A stretch of 64,000 nucleotides of DNA from Lingula anatina (lineage: Eukaryota; Animalia; Brachiopoda): the NCBI GenBank assembly GCA_051362555.1, contig CM120642.1, forward strand, positions 22,692,001-22,756,000, in the 5' to 3' direction. Below the pieces are notes generated by a model. The model saw nothing but the letters and a program-made list of their open reading frames with translations. It was not told the DNA's origin and did no database searches. A program made the position numbers and the translations under genes. Positions 24,637-37,700 of the stretch are shown here, piece after piece (within the stretch, counting starts at the first letter, position 1; every line of letters begins with the position of its first letter).

Positions 24637-26286
24637 CTGTATTTGTTGGTCTTCTTCCCATATTCCCAGAATCATTTCTCCGGACCATGGGAGGGGTGAC
24701 TTGCTGGGTATCTACCAGTACAGGGCGTGAGGAGGGCGGCACCTGGTACAAACTGCTCACCCTGTCACTCTCTCTGCTGCCACCATCTCCTAGGTTCACA
24801 TAAGCCTCAGCCTGACTACTCATATGCCCATGTACAGAGGGAGGCTGCTGAACTACAGCACTTAAAGAGATATTGTTTTGTTTTGTTCCTTTTGTTCGCT
24901 GGTCCCCCATGAATGTGTAAGTGCTTTCCCTCTGTGAAGCCCTATCACTCAGCGTGTGGGTACTCCCCTCCATGTCCATGTAATAAGCCAATGTCTCATT
25001 CCTCCCTTCTCCAGTCTGTCCATCCCCTGCAGGCTCTTCCACAAACCCAGTGGCTGCATTAATGTACTTGTGTGGCACTTTCTGACAGGCAGTGGGAGGA
25101 GGGGGAGAAAAGGCAAGTATGGGATCCGTGCTGCCTTGATTTGCACTTGATTCATCAATGTCTGCACGTTTGGGGAATGAATAGATATCATCAGCAGTGC
25201 TATCAGTACTCGCTGTGCTCGCTCTTACTGGAATATTTGCATTTAGATCTGTAAAAACTTTACTGTTTGATGGCAGGTTTTGATAGGGAGTAGCATGGTG
25301 GTCTGGTACAGGACCACTCACTGGTTTTGGGGGTCGAGGGGGTGGAACAGCTGTCCCCAGACCTGCCAGAACAGAGTGTTTTGTAGGAGGGATATCATAG
25401 GTATCCCCTGCACTTTTTCTTTGTAAATCATTCTGATTGAAACTTCTCCTGACATGGAAATCTTGATTTGATCTTGCAATCTCCTCTGGTGAATATTTCC
25501 TGGGAACCAAATCGTACTCCTCTGAAGTGAACCCAGAATCAGGTGCGACTCCTGAAGATCGGCTGGAGTTGGAATCTCTGATAGAGCCTTCGTGTCTGGA
25601 GGGTGGGACAGCATACAGCCCAGCTGCTGACACCACATTGTCTCTATCTGGTGAAGTTGGTTTTGGTGGTGGTGGCAGCTTATATAAACTGTCCAGCTGC
25701 CCTGTGGGTAGGGACATCTTCCTTGGGGGTGGTGTATCGTAAGTCATACTCCTATGACCCTGGCGTTCAACATCAAAGTCATCCAGGTTGTAATATCTGG
25801 AAGGATGGTGCGCTGGTGGGAAATCATAAGTGTCTGATAACACTGACTCTGTTGTTATACGCTTAGGTGGGCTATCATAGGCTTGGCCTAGAGGAGATCT
25901 AGGGGGAGGGGTAGCATCCTTAGGAGGAGGAGGAGGGGGAACATCAGGAATACTGTCTGAGCTAGGATAGCGTGTGTGAACAGGGGCTGACAATGTACTG
26001 GAAGATGGCGGGATTTGTCCTAAACATGCCCCATTTTGTTGCATTGGTGGTGACCTTGAACCACTGTAGCATTCATCCAATGGGATGTAGCCCCTTGCCT
26101 CGGCCTGTGCACTGGCCAGAGCTGTGGCCTGAGCCTTGTTTTTCCCAGGCTCTGGGGCATATTCATTCATCTTGCGATCTTTACTTGCTGTGGTGATCTC
26201 CAGTCCGTCCAGCCGCTGGGCTTCACCTGTCTGCATGGCTGCACTGGAGTCACTCTGTACTGGAGGAAGAGACGCTTCACTATGAA
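24637..26286 (-). CDS. GAB: GAB exon 3 (Pro-rich multisite phosphotyrosine docking region)
   Basis: Acceptor ttccag at 26287 is in frame with the 537-aa ORF; donor gtatct at 24636. Contains PPPRPPKP, YDSP/YDFP/YDTP/YKLP/YAVP/YDIP/YSFP/YQVP, YMDM and YTFM. 1650 nt, phase 1 to 1. Confidence 0.93.
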
Positions 26287-26631
26287 CTGGAATATCAAAG
26301 ATACCCTTATACTTACAAATAATGTATGGTTAGAACTTTGATGAAGGTTTTACCCTTAGTTGATAAAAACAAATTTAGAGCACAACAACATAAATCAATA
26401 TTTCATTTAGAGATATTAGAATTACTTTATATTATAATTTAGCATAGCCCTAACAAACTAATTTCATCAAATATAATAGATAATTCTCATTAACTTGAGA
26501 AAAATTTAAAAAGCTTTGAGTACTGTTTTTGTTCAATTAAACTGGTGAAAATTTGGTATTTTGGCTAAAACAAAAGGGATTAAAAACTGTTTAAGGTCAC
26601 ATCAAGGTCACCATCTTATTCTTTTCTTTAC

Positions 26632-26935
26632 CATCATCATCCTCATCTTGCTTGAGCCCACAAACTGAGCACAAATAATCCACCCAGCGTACCATGGCAG
26701 GCTCCGAGTCTGCTGCCAGATAATACACGCGCTCACGATTCTTGTGTTTTGTTTTCAAGGAGAATAAATGTTTGTATTGTGATGACTTAAGTGATGAAGT
26801 GATCTCTTCACACTGGTCTAAGTCAACCCTGCCTATCAGCTTTTTCAACTGTTCATCTTTGTAGTAGTCTAAGGCATATACATCAGGAAGACTTCCACTG
26901 GGTTTACCAAGGACAAAAAAACGATGCTTCCATTT
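26632..26935 (-). CDS. GAB: GAB exon 2 (rest of PH domain)
   Basis: Acceptor ttcag, then KWKHRFFVL...LDYYKD...GRVDLDQC...YYLAADSEPAMVRWVDYLCSVCG, then donor gtaaag. 304 nt, phase 0 to 1. Confidence 0.95.
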
Positions 26936-28062
26936 CTGAAAAGAACAACAAATCATTAAGTAAAATCATTAAGGTCCTTAATTATCTTTTAAAAAATGAC
27001 AAAAAATAAAATAAAAATAGCAAATTTGCAAGATGAAAAAGTCAATAACTAAAAAACCTATTATCATAAACAGTTTGCTAATGTTAGAGTCAAATTCCTG
27101 GGTATAATTAGTCAATAATAAGTAACAGCTGGGTCAGTCCTCAGCAGAGGGCATCAATCAAACCTAGTTCTGCCACAGTTTGGTGTGAAAATAACATAAC
27201 TGCCACTTCACAAAGATTCCAATGAATGTGTTGTTATGAAAACTTTTATATGCATATATACATTTAGTTACTTAGGCAAACTCTCAAAAATCAAAGACTG
27301 CTATATATCATACATTGAAAACTGCTCCTTTTACATAAATTTGGCCACTCAATTACAATCTAGCAGGTACTATGTTAAAATATTTCCCTATTGTCAATAT
27401 AAATCATCATATCTTAGTATAAAAATTCTCCAAATAATACACTTTGTATCATTCTTATCTTAGGGAGCACCCTATGCTTTAAATAGTATTTTGTCCAGAT
27501 TCTCAACAGTTGTTAGTCAATAATAAAATCAGCCACATGACTGTGAGTCATTGAGAAAAATATCCACCATAGGCCAGGCTTGTTTACAATGGGGAAAGAT
27601 CTGCATCCTTTTATGAGATGTCAAAAAAATATATAGTTTAGCAGCTCAGCAGTGGTCCACCTGAAATCATTCCAGGGAAGTTATGAGGCTGGTGACCATA
27701 CATTTATTACAGCAACATTACTTTAAATATAACCTATTGCAACTCTGACATTGAACACTTGAGAGCCAGCATATTGTGCTGTTTACCCCTGAGAAGAATA
27801 CATTGAACTCATTTACTTGAATGAAAATAACATGTCCTTCCACAACTATGTTGGCACATAAAGCACAACATTCACCAATTGTCATTAGCATCATAATATC
27901 ACTTCATACAGCCTAAAAAAGGTGTCATTTCTCCTTCTGTAGACCCTTTTCTCTCAACTTATCAAAGAATACATGCTTTTCCCCAAAATAAGATTTTTCA
28001 CTTCCTGCAAAATTTTTGAAAATTTTGCTAATATTTCCTTATTGTTGAGGATCTGTCCTTAA

Positions 28063-28398
28063 AGGGATAATAACTCTTCATATGAGATTTATATTTCACA
28101 ATAAAAACATTGTGAATAACTCATACAAATATAATATATTCTGTTTTACCACAAAAACAGCAGTTATAGCTATTATTCTGATATCTAAGCTTGTCTTCAG
28201 ACCATGTGACCTCCATTGATGGCTATACTCTGTTATAATCTCTTAAGAGATTTTAACAAAAAACCAAACTTTATAGAAAAAAACCAGGGACTAACTTTGA
28301 ATGTAAAAATGGATTCATTAACCATTGGTAAGTATGGGAAAATTGTTGTTTATTCCAGGAAAATTAATTTTTTGGCCAAACGAAGAGTTATTATCCCC
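28063..28398. mobile_element. Intact Kolobok-type MITE (336 bp) in GAB intron 1
   Basis: TIR AGGGATAATAACTCTTC / GAAGAGTTATTATCCCC with TTAA TSD. Purine 5' ends favour Kolobok over piggyBac. Confidence 0.9.
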
Positions 28399-28775
28399 TT
28401 AAGACTTCATCAGGATATCTTGCAGAGTCCCAAGTTGTACATTGACAGCTGTAAACAACACCTTTGTGCAGATTTTTAAAGAGCAAAGAAGTACAAAAAT
28501 TGCAACAATCCTCATCCAATGACCACTTTTTACATGGCCTGCACCCTTGTAATATCAGTGGGTATCAAAATATTTCAAAAGCAGAAGTCATTTTTCTCTT
28601 TATATACATGTTTTCAATCAGTAATCTCCTTGGCTCAGCCTACCCCCTCCCCCCCTCTTCCGCCCCATCAAACATTCCCAAACATTAACACTGAGCAGCA
28701 TGTCCATGTTTTATCTGAATGTTTTATCTGTACATATGGACACTGAGAGACAGCCTCATTACATCTCACTGAGAC

Positions 28776-29015
28776 TGGGTTCCCATTCCTAGATTAATCT
28801 AAAAGGATCGATCTATCTCCAAGGGGTTTCTCGTTAAATTGCTTTCAGCTTAAGCGGCTTTGATGTCTATATCATGCCTTCTGAAGCAGCTAGGGTATAA
28901 TTTATTGTTTAGCAGCTTCCGTAGGCATGACAGTTATCTAAGCCACTTAAGTTGATTACAATTTAGCAAGAATCCCCTTGAAAATAGATCGATCCACAGT
29001 TAACAAGATAGGGTC
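28776..29015. mobile_element. Diverged relative of MITE family A
   Basis: Inverted arms ggatcgatctatctccaaggggtttctcgttaaattg / caatttagcaagaatccccttgaaaatagatcgatcc. Confidence 0.65.
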
Positions 29016-29951
29016 TGGTCCCTGAGATTACCCTTCCTGTAAATGTTCACCTACTCCACTCCTGAACCATCAATCCAGCAGCAGCCTAATTCACAGAGCA
29101 AACAGCCCCACATTTCACACTAAGGAGCCCATCCAGAGACGTATCCTGGCAACATATGGATTACTCCTAGAAATAAGCCAGCTTTATCTCCATTACATGT
29201 TGCTTCTGTTTTGGTTTAATCTTAACTCTCTTGTTGGCTCCATTTTATTTAAGCCTATTTTAATTTACTAAGATGACTTGGCATTTTGATTTTTTTTCTG
29301 TTCTTCCTTATTATTAAATATGATTTTCATTAGCCTACGGTTAGAGTGCTTATCATTTTGTATTCTAAAATTAATGAACTTTCTTTAATTAATTCAACTA
29401 AATATGTTATACAGTGCTACCAACCCAAACAAACAAACAAACAAACAAACAAACAAACACCTGCATGCATCTACACTCACTGCATGCAGTTGTGTGGAAT
29501 TGTGCCAATGTGTGAATGAAGTCTCAGTGAATGTTTTTAAATACATATATATTAATTTATCTCCTGATGCTCTGCCACAATACCATATATTGCAACAAAC
29601 ATATTTTAAGCCATTTCTCCAGCACTTATTCAACCTATAACTGGACTTAGAATGACACTGTTCATTTTGATGCAGCCACAGGAGGACTCTAGCAATGCAT
29701 TGTTGGTTCGCTTTGGCAATGATGGTACAGAGTTACTTCACTGAATCAGTATCATGTTCATTCTCCCGACACAGCATATATAACCTATTCTCAGATGTGG
29801 GTACCTTGTGTCACAGTACAAAAATCACAAGGAATAAAGCAATTGGGGACAGCTTTGTAAAATACCTTCAATATCTACATAAAATGATTAGCTTAAGTTG
29901 GAGTTTAATAAGTAGAGAACAACAAGCAAAATACAAATAGAAAAAAATATG

Positions 29952-30238
29952 AATTTGTGATAAAATACGATACAGTCATTTCCTCAGGTGCTCTAGCTCT
30001 TACTGAACAATTCCATCACTTAAAATATCATAAATATTTGTGATAAAATATGGATTTGTGATAAAAATATGATATAGTCATTTTCTCATGTTTTTACTAG
30101 TTCTTATTGAACAATTCCTTCACTTCAGATATCATTAAGATTTGTGATAAAATATGGATTTGTGATAAAAATATGATACAGTCATTTCCTTGTGTGCTCT
30201 AGTTCTTACTTAACAATCCCTTCACTTCAGATATCATA
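29952..30238. repeat. Minisatellite, unit of about 103 bp, nearly 3 copies
   Basis: Units start at about 29952, 30054 and 30158, each with tttgtgataaaa...agtcattt...ctag.tctta.tgaacaattcc.tcactt. Confidence 0.85.
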
Positions 30239-33200
30239 TAGCAAAAGCCCAGGAAACTCCTAGAAGATCAAATTATAAACAAAACTCAATTCAATTTGGA
30301 ACATGAGAGGAAATTACCATGCTTCTAGGAATAATTCAAATGATCAATTTCCTTAGAAGTCACTTCACTAAATGATATGAGTTATCACTCTGATGGACAC
30401 TTTCCATTTATCTATTATATGCAGCATCAAAACAAATGCAGTAAATTCTCTGAAGGTGACTAGGTTAGGAAATCAAATATACTACAATAACCTGGAAATT
30501 CAGTCAATATAACTGTCAATATTGCATCATCCAAGGACTTGGAAAAGGTTCAAAAGCTATGAGACATTTTGCCACTGGGCAGCTAATATTTGGGAAATGG
30601 AAACATCAATTTTTGTCCACCAATTCTCTCCTGCTTCAGGGTAAAATATTTCTGTAAATCCAGGAAAAATACACTTGAAAAGACATACCTGTCCCAGATA
30701 TGGAGAAATGGTCCACTACATCCAATAACACCAGTCAACTGATGCTCCTAACACACAAAAGAGCAATGCATAAAGACTCAATCATAAATGTACTACTTTT
30801 AAGTGAAGAATTAATTCCGACTAACCTCAGCCACTGTGCTGTTCTCCACAGCACCTCAGACTGCAGACCATTTATCTCCCAAAACTTGGTACCTGGAGTT
30901 CCACCAAGTATTCCCAAGGAATGAGTTCAGAAAAAATACCAGGGAAAGAGAGAAAAGGTTATGCTGCATGTCCGACCAGGAGCCTCTATTTTGGGACCAA
31001 AGGCCCCCATATATTCTATTTAAAACTGAGTACTTTCAGCTGTCTGTGTAGTTATACTCACTACAACTATCCAAGCTATGTGTGGCCACAAACCTATACC
31101 TATATCATATGTGCAAGATACTTAAATTAAATAAGAATTTATTTTGAAAGAGCATTTGCTGGACTGTTCCTACCTACTATTCCTTTCATTCTTCAGATAT
31201 CAATTCAACACCTAATTTCTCAACACCAATTCAATTTTGTAGAGAATTCAAAGATAGGATATCTGGACATTTATGCTTGTAGATGCAGCTACATGTACAA
31301 GTAAACAAGTATATGGCAATAGAATATATATATATATAAATTTATGGCAGCACATGCATAATACAGTACTCACTGTGTAGCTGAGTCTATTTCCTACAGG
31401 TGAGTGAAAACAACTTGACCCTATTTCATGAACAGGAGTGAATGCATGATAGTTTAAGCAAGAAAAAGTTGGAAGATATATGCCTAATCTTGGGATTGGC
31501 ACTAGTCATCTTAGCATAGGTATGATAGGAACAAATCTGCTATCCACTGCATGCTTTGCATATATAAAATACATCCAAGGGTGACAATTTTTTTAAGCAT
31601 GAGTAAAGTGTACTACCTATAAAGGTATATCATTATAGCACATTCAATCCAAAACTTGAATATATATATATGTATATAACTTTATTAAGTCATATGCATA
31701 AAAGCACATCAAAGGTGGAAAAGAAAACACTGGGGTGATAGTAAGCATGCTATTTCTGTGTATTATAGAGTACAATACACAGAAATGGAAATTTTCATGA
31801 TATCACAAAATCCAAACACAGCCCTACCCTAATGTAGTCCCAGACTAGGCTGTGTGAACACACACACAAAACATGCAGTGGAAAGGCACAACAAACCAGG
31901 CAAGTGAGACAGAATAAGACCCTTTTGACATCAAGTGGTAGACTTCAGTGATACAGTTTGTACAGTACCAGTACACTTTAAGAGACTGATGGCTATTAAA
32001 CCCTCTGTTGTGTATAGATGTGTTAGGACCTCAAAGTGCACTGGTACAGACTATATTTCTAAAATATACCACTCCATGTAACCTGGGCCTGCCAGGGGGA
32101 CAGACATATCATGACACGGGCCACATTTCCTGTCAAACTGTGACCGTCTATGTCTTCTTCTATCTACTTCTAGTTTACAACCTCTAGCACCAGTGGAGTC
32201 CCTCTCTTGTATTGTCTTCCATAACAGATCTAGAGGCTATGTTTTACTAGACAGGCTTCTTAGGACAAGAAATCCTGATCACACAGTACATACATACCAA
32301 GTTCAGGGTGCCACAACTTGACAGAAATGGCAGTGGTATCCATATTCACACAGCACAATAACAGCATCAGCAGATACCACTCAACATGCTAACTACATGC
32401 TAGAAACAACATCAATAGAAACCACTCAACATGCTACTAAGTAGCTACATGCTCTAACCTCTGGCTCTGGTCTATGTGGTTAGGAATAGTGAAGACTGAG
32501 GTACTTTCTAGCACATGGCAAAAGAGTTAAAATCAGGATTTTTACAAGTAATTTGCAATGGTTTTTTAACTTGTTCAAGATCTCTGTGCCAGAGAGCACC
32601 TCCCTGGGGTTATTAAACCTTAGGTCATTAACCTTAAAGGTCAGTGACCCTAGGCCCTGTCCCACACATCATGCCATAATGTACCTGTTCTGTGAGGCCG
32701 TGGAGCTTCTTCACCTGGAATAAGCAGAGCAGATGCAATTGTCATTCTTTGTAATGCTACAATCAATCTGAGTTTCAGAAGCTACTGAGAAGAACTCCCC
32801 TGTGTGGCCAGCACCTTCATGCTGTTCACCGAACACAGTGTAGGTGCTGGAATAGGGAAGTCTCCATCAGTGGTCTGAAACACAGGGTTTTCATAAATAA
32901 GAATAATAACATGTGATGACTATTATGGCTGCACGATATGGCAACATTTTATTTGTATTCATTGAACAATACCAAGACATTAAAATAAAATCACAGCAAC
33001 AGTTTCCAGGCCATCAGTATTGATTACCCTACTGCAAACTACTCAGAACTGCAGCCTAAAGTGGTCAACCACGACATGTCAGTGTCATTCCTAACTCAAC
33101 CAAATACAAAACTTAGTATCAACTATTTAATGAGACTTTAAATTACACTTTTCAAATGTTAATATCCAGGATAGACAATCACTTATAAAACCCCGAGTGA

Positions 33201-33367
33201 CTCATTTAGTGGAATTCAATACCCATATAATGAGTGACCACAGCCAGTGACAGCCCAACTGATCTCTGACCACTTACTCTGGACAGTTGGTCAGAATTCC
33301 TACTAGTGAATTTCTTAAACACCCACCAATCTTTGACAGTTAATATTTCACAATAATTAGATAACAT

Positions 33368-34727
33368 CAGGGCTAGACACTAACTTTTATGAGCACCTGT
33401 CCTTCGGACAGGTGCTCATAAATTTGACCTGTCCGATTTTCAATCCAACCTGTCCACAAAACCAATAATTTTTTTCTATTCATACGTTTGAACTTTGTCA
33501 ATTTATATGTGTGGTCATACATTTAAATTAATGTATATATTACCAAAACATTCAATCATATGAGCCCCGAAAATGCACCTTAAAGTGAATCTATGTTCAG
33601 ATTAAAATTTGTTTTTTCATACTTGTGAACTCCTGAAGATTTAATCTTGCATTTAAGTCTGATAATTCACATCAGGGCTTCTCCTAGGATTTGGGGTACA
33701 GGGTCTACTAATTGTAAGTCTGCAATTTGATAACAGATTCACATGAAGTTTAACCAAAGCTAAAAAAAAACCCTGAGTGGGAAGTGGGGAGGGGGTACAG
33801 TACTGTTAAATTAATTTTATTAAAATATTCAAAATTTATAATATTTGAATAAATTTCAATGAAAATTAAAGAAATTTTATAATACTTTACTTATATTTAT
33901 GTTAACAATTTAACTTTTTAAGGGGTTATCACATGTTTGATTTTTTAAACATATATGAACTAAATAAAATCAGTATAAAAAAGTTCCCCTTCTTTTTATT
34001 AAAATTCTCATATTTGTTATTACTAATTTCTTCCTTACATCAATATCACACTGGTATATGAGAGCAATGTTAATTTATCATATTCCAGCACTAAATTTTA
34101 AACTGTAAATAACAGAGGTGATGCTAGAGTCATTAAAAAAACATCATACATAATTTCAGGTAATATTTTGGCAAATAAACAACATTTCAACAAGATCTTC
34201 AGTCCCAAAGATTTCACTTTCTATAGTGAGCAGATAGCATACAACGTGTTTGATTGACAGGCAGTTTGTTGCCGTGACAACGAACTAGATATAGCCAGTT
34301 CATCCAGTCCAATCTGGCTCCAGCACAGTACTTGTGTAGTTTCTGTTTTTGGAAGTGTCTTTATTACTAAACCACGTAAATTTTTAACTAAATAAATGTT
34401 CAGTAGTGAACCTGATATGTGAATAAATTTTGTCTGCTGAAGTTCTGGAGGGTGTTCACTTTCATAATTTGGCGGTAAGTTTGCTCAGACTTCGTTTTGC
34501 GACTGCATGTGTTTTGTGCCAAAAGTAGGTCACTCTTTTTCAATGTCCTCTAGGAAGAGGCAAAAAGACGTTAGTATGCAACAAAAAATGATTTTTAAAA
34601 GATTTTTGCTCCAAATTTCTCATAAAGCATGACCTGTCCGTCGGACAGCCAACCCTGCAACTTCACCTGTCCGAACTGAATTTTTACCTGTCCCGGACAG
34701 GCGGACAGGCGCTAATGTCGAGCCCTG
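33368..34727. mobile_element. Non-autonomous hAT element with 5-bp TSD (hAT5-like)
   Basis: AACAT|CAGGGCTAGACACTA...TAATGTCGAGCCCTG|AACAT, with multiple subterminal ACCTGTCC/GGACAG repeats at both ends. Confidence 0.85.
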
Positions 34728-37700
34728 AACATATGTTGATAACTATATTGAATTCTACAAGCTAATTGGATTCTACAGTCACCAAGGGATAAACAGACTT
34801 GAAATTAAACAGCCCAACGTGGGTTTTAATAGAGTAACACATACTCATGTAAATGCATATGTTCATATAATAGCCTAATCAATCTTAAGCTAATTATATG
34901 TCTTTGAACTGGAATCCTGTCAATAGCAAGAATTTTGACTCTATAATAGCCATATAATTTAAGCTAGTCTACTCAAGATATGTGCAATGGGTTAAAATTA
35001 AAGTTACCACACAATATTTTGTTCAGATCTCCGAGCAGCATTATGTTGGGCAGAACCATGACACAATATGAAACTCAATAAGATGAGAAATATCCATCCA
35101 CTTAATTAGTATCATTGACTATCACCTATGTATTTTTTCCTGCCAGCATGTGTTGGTCAAATTTGGTTGTAATAATAAACTCTTCACTTGACATTGGCTC
35201 CTTGCAGTCTGGCTACTATAGGGCTATCTAAAGAAGTTGAGGATTTGGCTGCTGATTCTATATGTAGCCCAGTCTGAGATGCAGAAGAGAACTGAAAATG
35301 ATCAGCTTCATCTATAAACTTTCATACAAACATACTTCTCGTGTCTGAACTTCAGGAGAATATATTTAGTAGAATATTTACAGTGCCATTTAGACTAGGT
35401 TTGTTAATTAAGTAGCATTTTATTGTGTAGAACCATAACATTGACTTTACCAAAGTAACCTACATGTCAAATTTACTTAGATTAAATATAAAGAATCTTT
35501 TACCTAAACTATTCTTTAGTCTTAATGTGAGTAACAAAAGAAACGACTGAAAATATCTTACTTTGAAAAGGAAGCCATCATAGCCAAATGATCACATAAG
35601 TTTTAAACATCATGGAATGTCATTAATGTATTGATCAGAATGTTGTAATGAAGCTGATGAGTTCATCAGACAAGGAAAAGCCTGACTGCTCACAATAATT
35701 TGGATCATCCCTTTTTAGGTTCATATTATCACAGAAACCAATTGCTCTTACTGCAGCAATTTACAACATTAACTGGAAATTTAGGAAAGCTGCCAAGCTG
35801 ACAGACATATAATTAACTATACTGACCAAAGAACTGATATTAAAACTTACAAAAATGATAAACAACCAATTTGAATACTGCAGTGCACATTTTTTTGGTC
35901 AATTTTTATGTAACCCATATTTAAAGCATAATTATTATAACTACCATTTTAATCCTGTACTACTTTTAAAAATGCACTGTAATGTACTACTAATGTAAAA
36001 CTCAGAGGATTTTAATCCAATGGGAATTCAAAGTCACACTTGGAAAATGCCAACAGTGACAATCAGTAATATTGACCATGATTTTAACTTTGAAAATTCA
36101 ATGATTCTAATGAACTAAAATATTTCTTTCTTACCCTTACTGCCTGAGACCAATGACAAACACCAAGGTGATTCTTGAATCTACCATTATCTTCACAGGA
36201 CTGTGGTGTGGCAATATATGGATTTGAAAAATATGTACTTTAACCCTCACTGTTTGTTGGAAAACATATTTAAAAAAAAGACCTTGATCTTTCTTCAAAC
36301 CTTGTAAAAATATCTCCACAAGACTGTGAAGCACAACACTGCCAGTATGCGGGTAGAATATATATGACTCTCAGCACTGTCTTGTTGTGGTGACTCAACT
36401 AAGTGCTGTACTGTATGCAGTCTGTGTTATGAACATTTCTATCCACCCCCACCTCTGGCCTTCCTCTTACCTCAACATTACAATGGCAGTGAGACAACAG
36501 AGAGATTAATGTCAGTCTCACTGTAGCAAATCTCTTGAGAATGTTCTCGACCAGTTCATTGCCCTATCAAGTGCTGCCATTTCCCCTTGTTTTCCCTGTG
36601 ATCTCCAGACACCTGAATGACACAACATCAGCACCCCATTTAGACTGCCAGTACACAAGTGCAGGCAAACCTAGCAATAGTACATAATCCACTACATTGC
36701 CATACAACCTCTCTTCACTGCTTAGCTAATGATAAAAACTATTAACTCCTAAGCCTCTTGACATAACTGCCCCTTCCATTAACAAACCAAGACCAAGCTA
36801 ACAAGTGGAAAATGTGGAATTTGCTGTTATCAACAAACATAAAGCAATACCACCACGCTGGGCTATGTAAAACACAATATGCTCATCTTAGTTTATACAC
36901 ACACAGATTGGACCCTGAGTGGGGGTCAGCACATACTTGTGGGGGTTTTCAAAAGCTAACACAAGGCAACAAAACTGTCATATGGACAGATATAACCCCC
37001 CCCCCCCCAAAAAAAAAAAAAAAAAAGGGCCTGGACTGGGCAAACTAAATAGAACAGACCGGTTAACACAGCATTCTGTCCTTGCTGTCTCCATCTTATT
37101 GGTGTTCAAAATCCATAATACCTCCAAAATGATCTCACCTTCAAGAAAGTGTAGTTTTAAAATAAACCAATCCCTCTGTTGATACTAAGCTCTTAGTATC
37201 TTCTGGTACTGAGAAGCTGTTGCTTTTCTGACAGATACTGTTATTTTTCAAGGGATACTGATCAAGCTTTATCTGTTAGGATGTCTTTTCTGCTGTTACC
37301 AGTTGTATCACAATCCCTCTCTGCAATGTTAGCTGTGGGATCATGATGCCAGAGACACCTAGTGGCAGTTAAAAAACAGCAGGTATACCACTTAACAAAT
37401 GTCTTAATATATACCACAGGTGCTCATAGACATTCCATCATACTTGTTCTGTCTAGGTATATTACTAAAACAACTTCAATTTTTATACATCCTGGTCCAT
37501 GTCTTAGGCCGTTTTTTCCCCAATCAACTTGTGAGGACCTAATTCAGTGGTTATTATCTAAGTGAACTGTGTAATCCATGTATTACATCTTCCTACCATA
37601 ACATGTCAACCTAAGACCATGGGTGTGAGGTCACTCATGACAGCAATCTGCAAGAGCACAACCACATGGTCTGCTTGGATGATACACTGGGTCACAACTT

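Noticed and set aside
24727-26196. Overlapping alternative-frame and antisense ORFs in GAB exon 3
   Set aside because: Expected shadows of a GC-richer coding exon, with no motifs.
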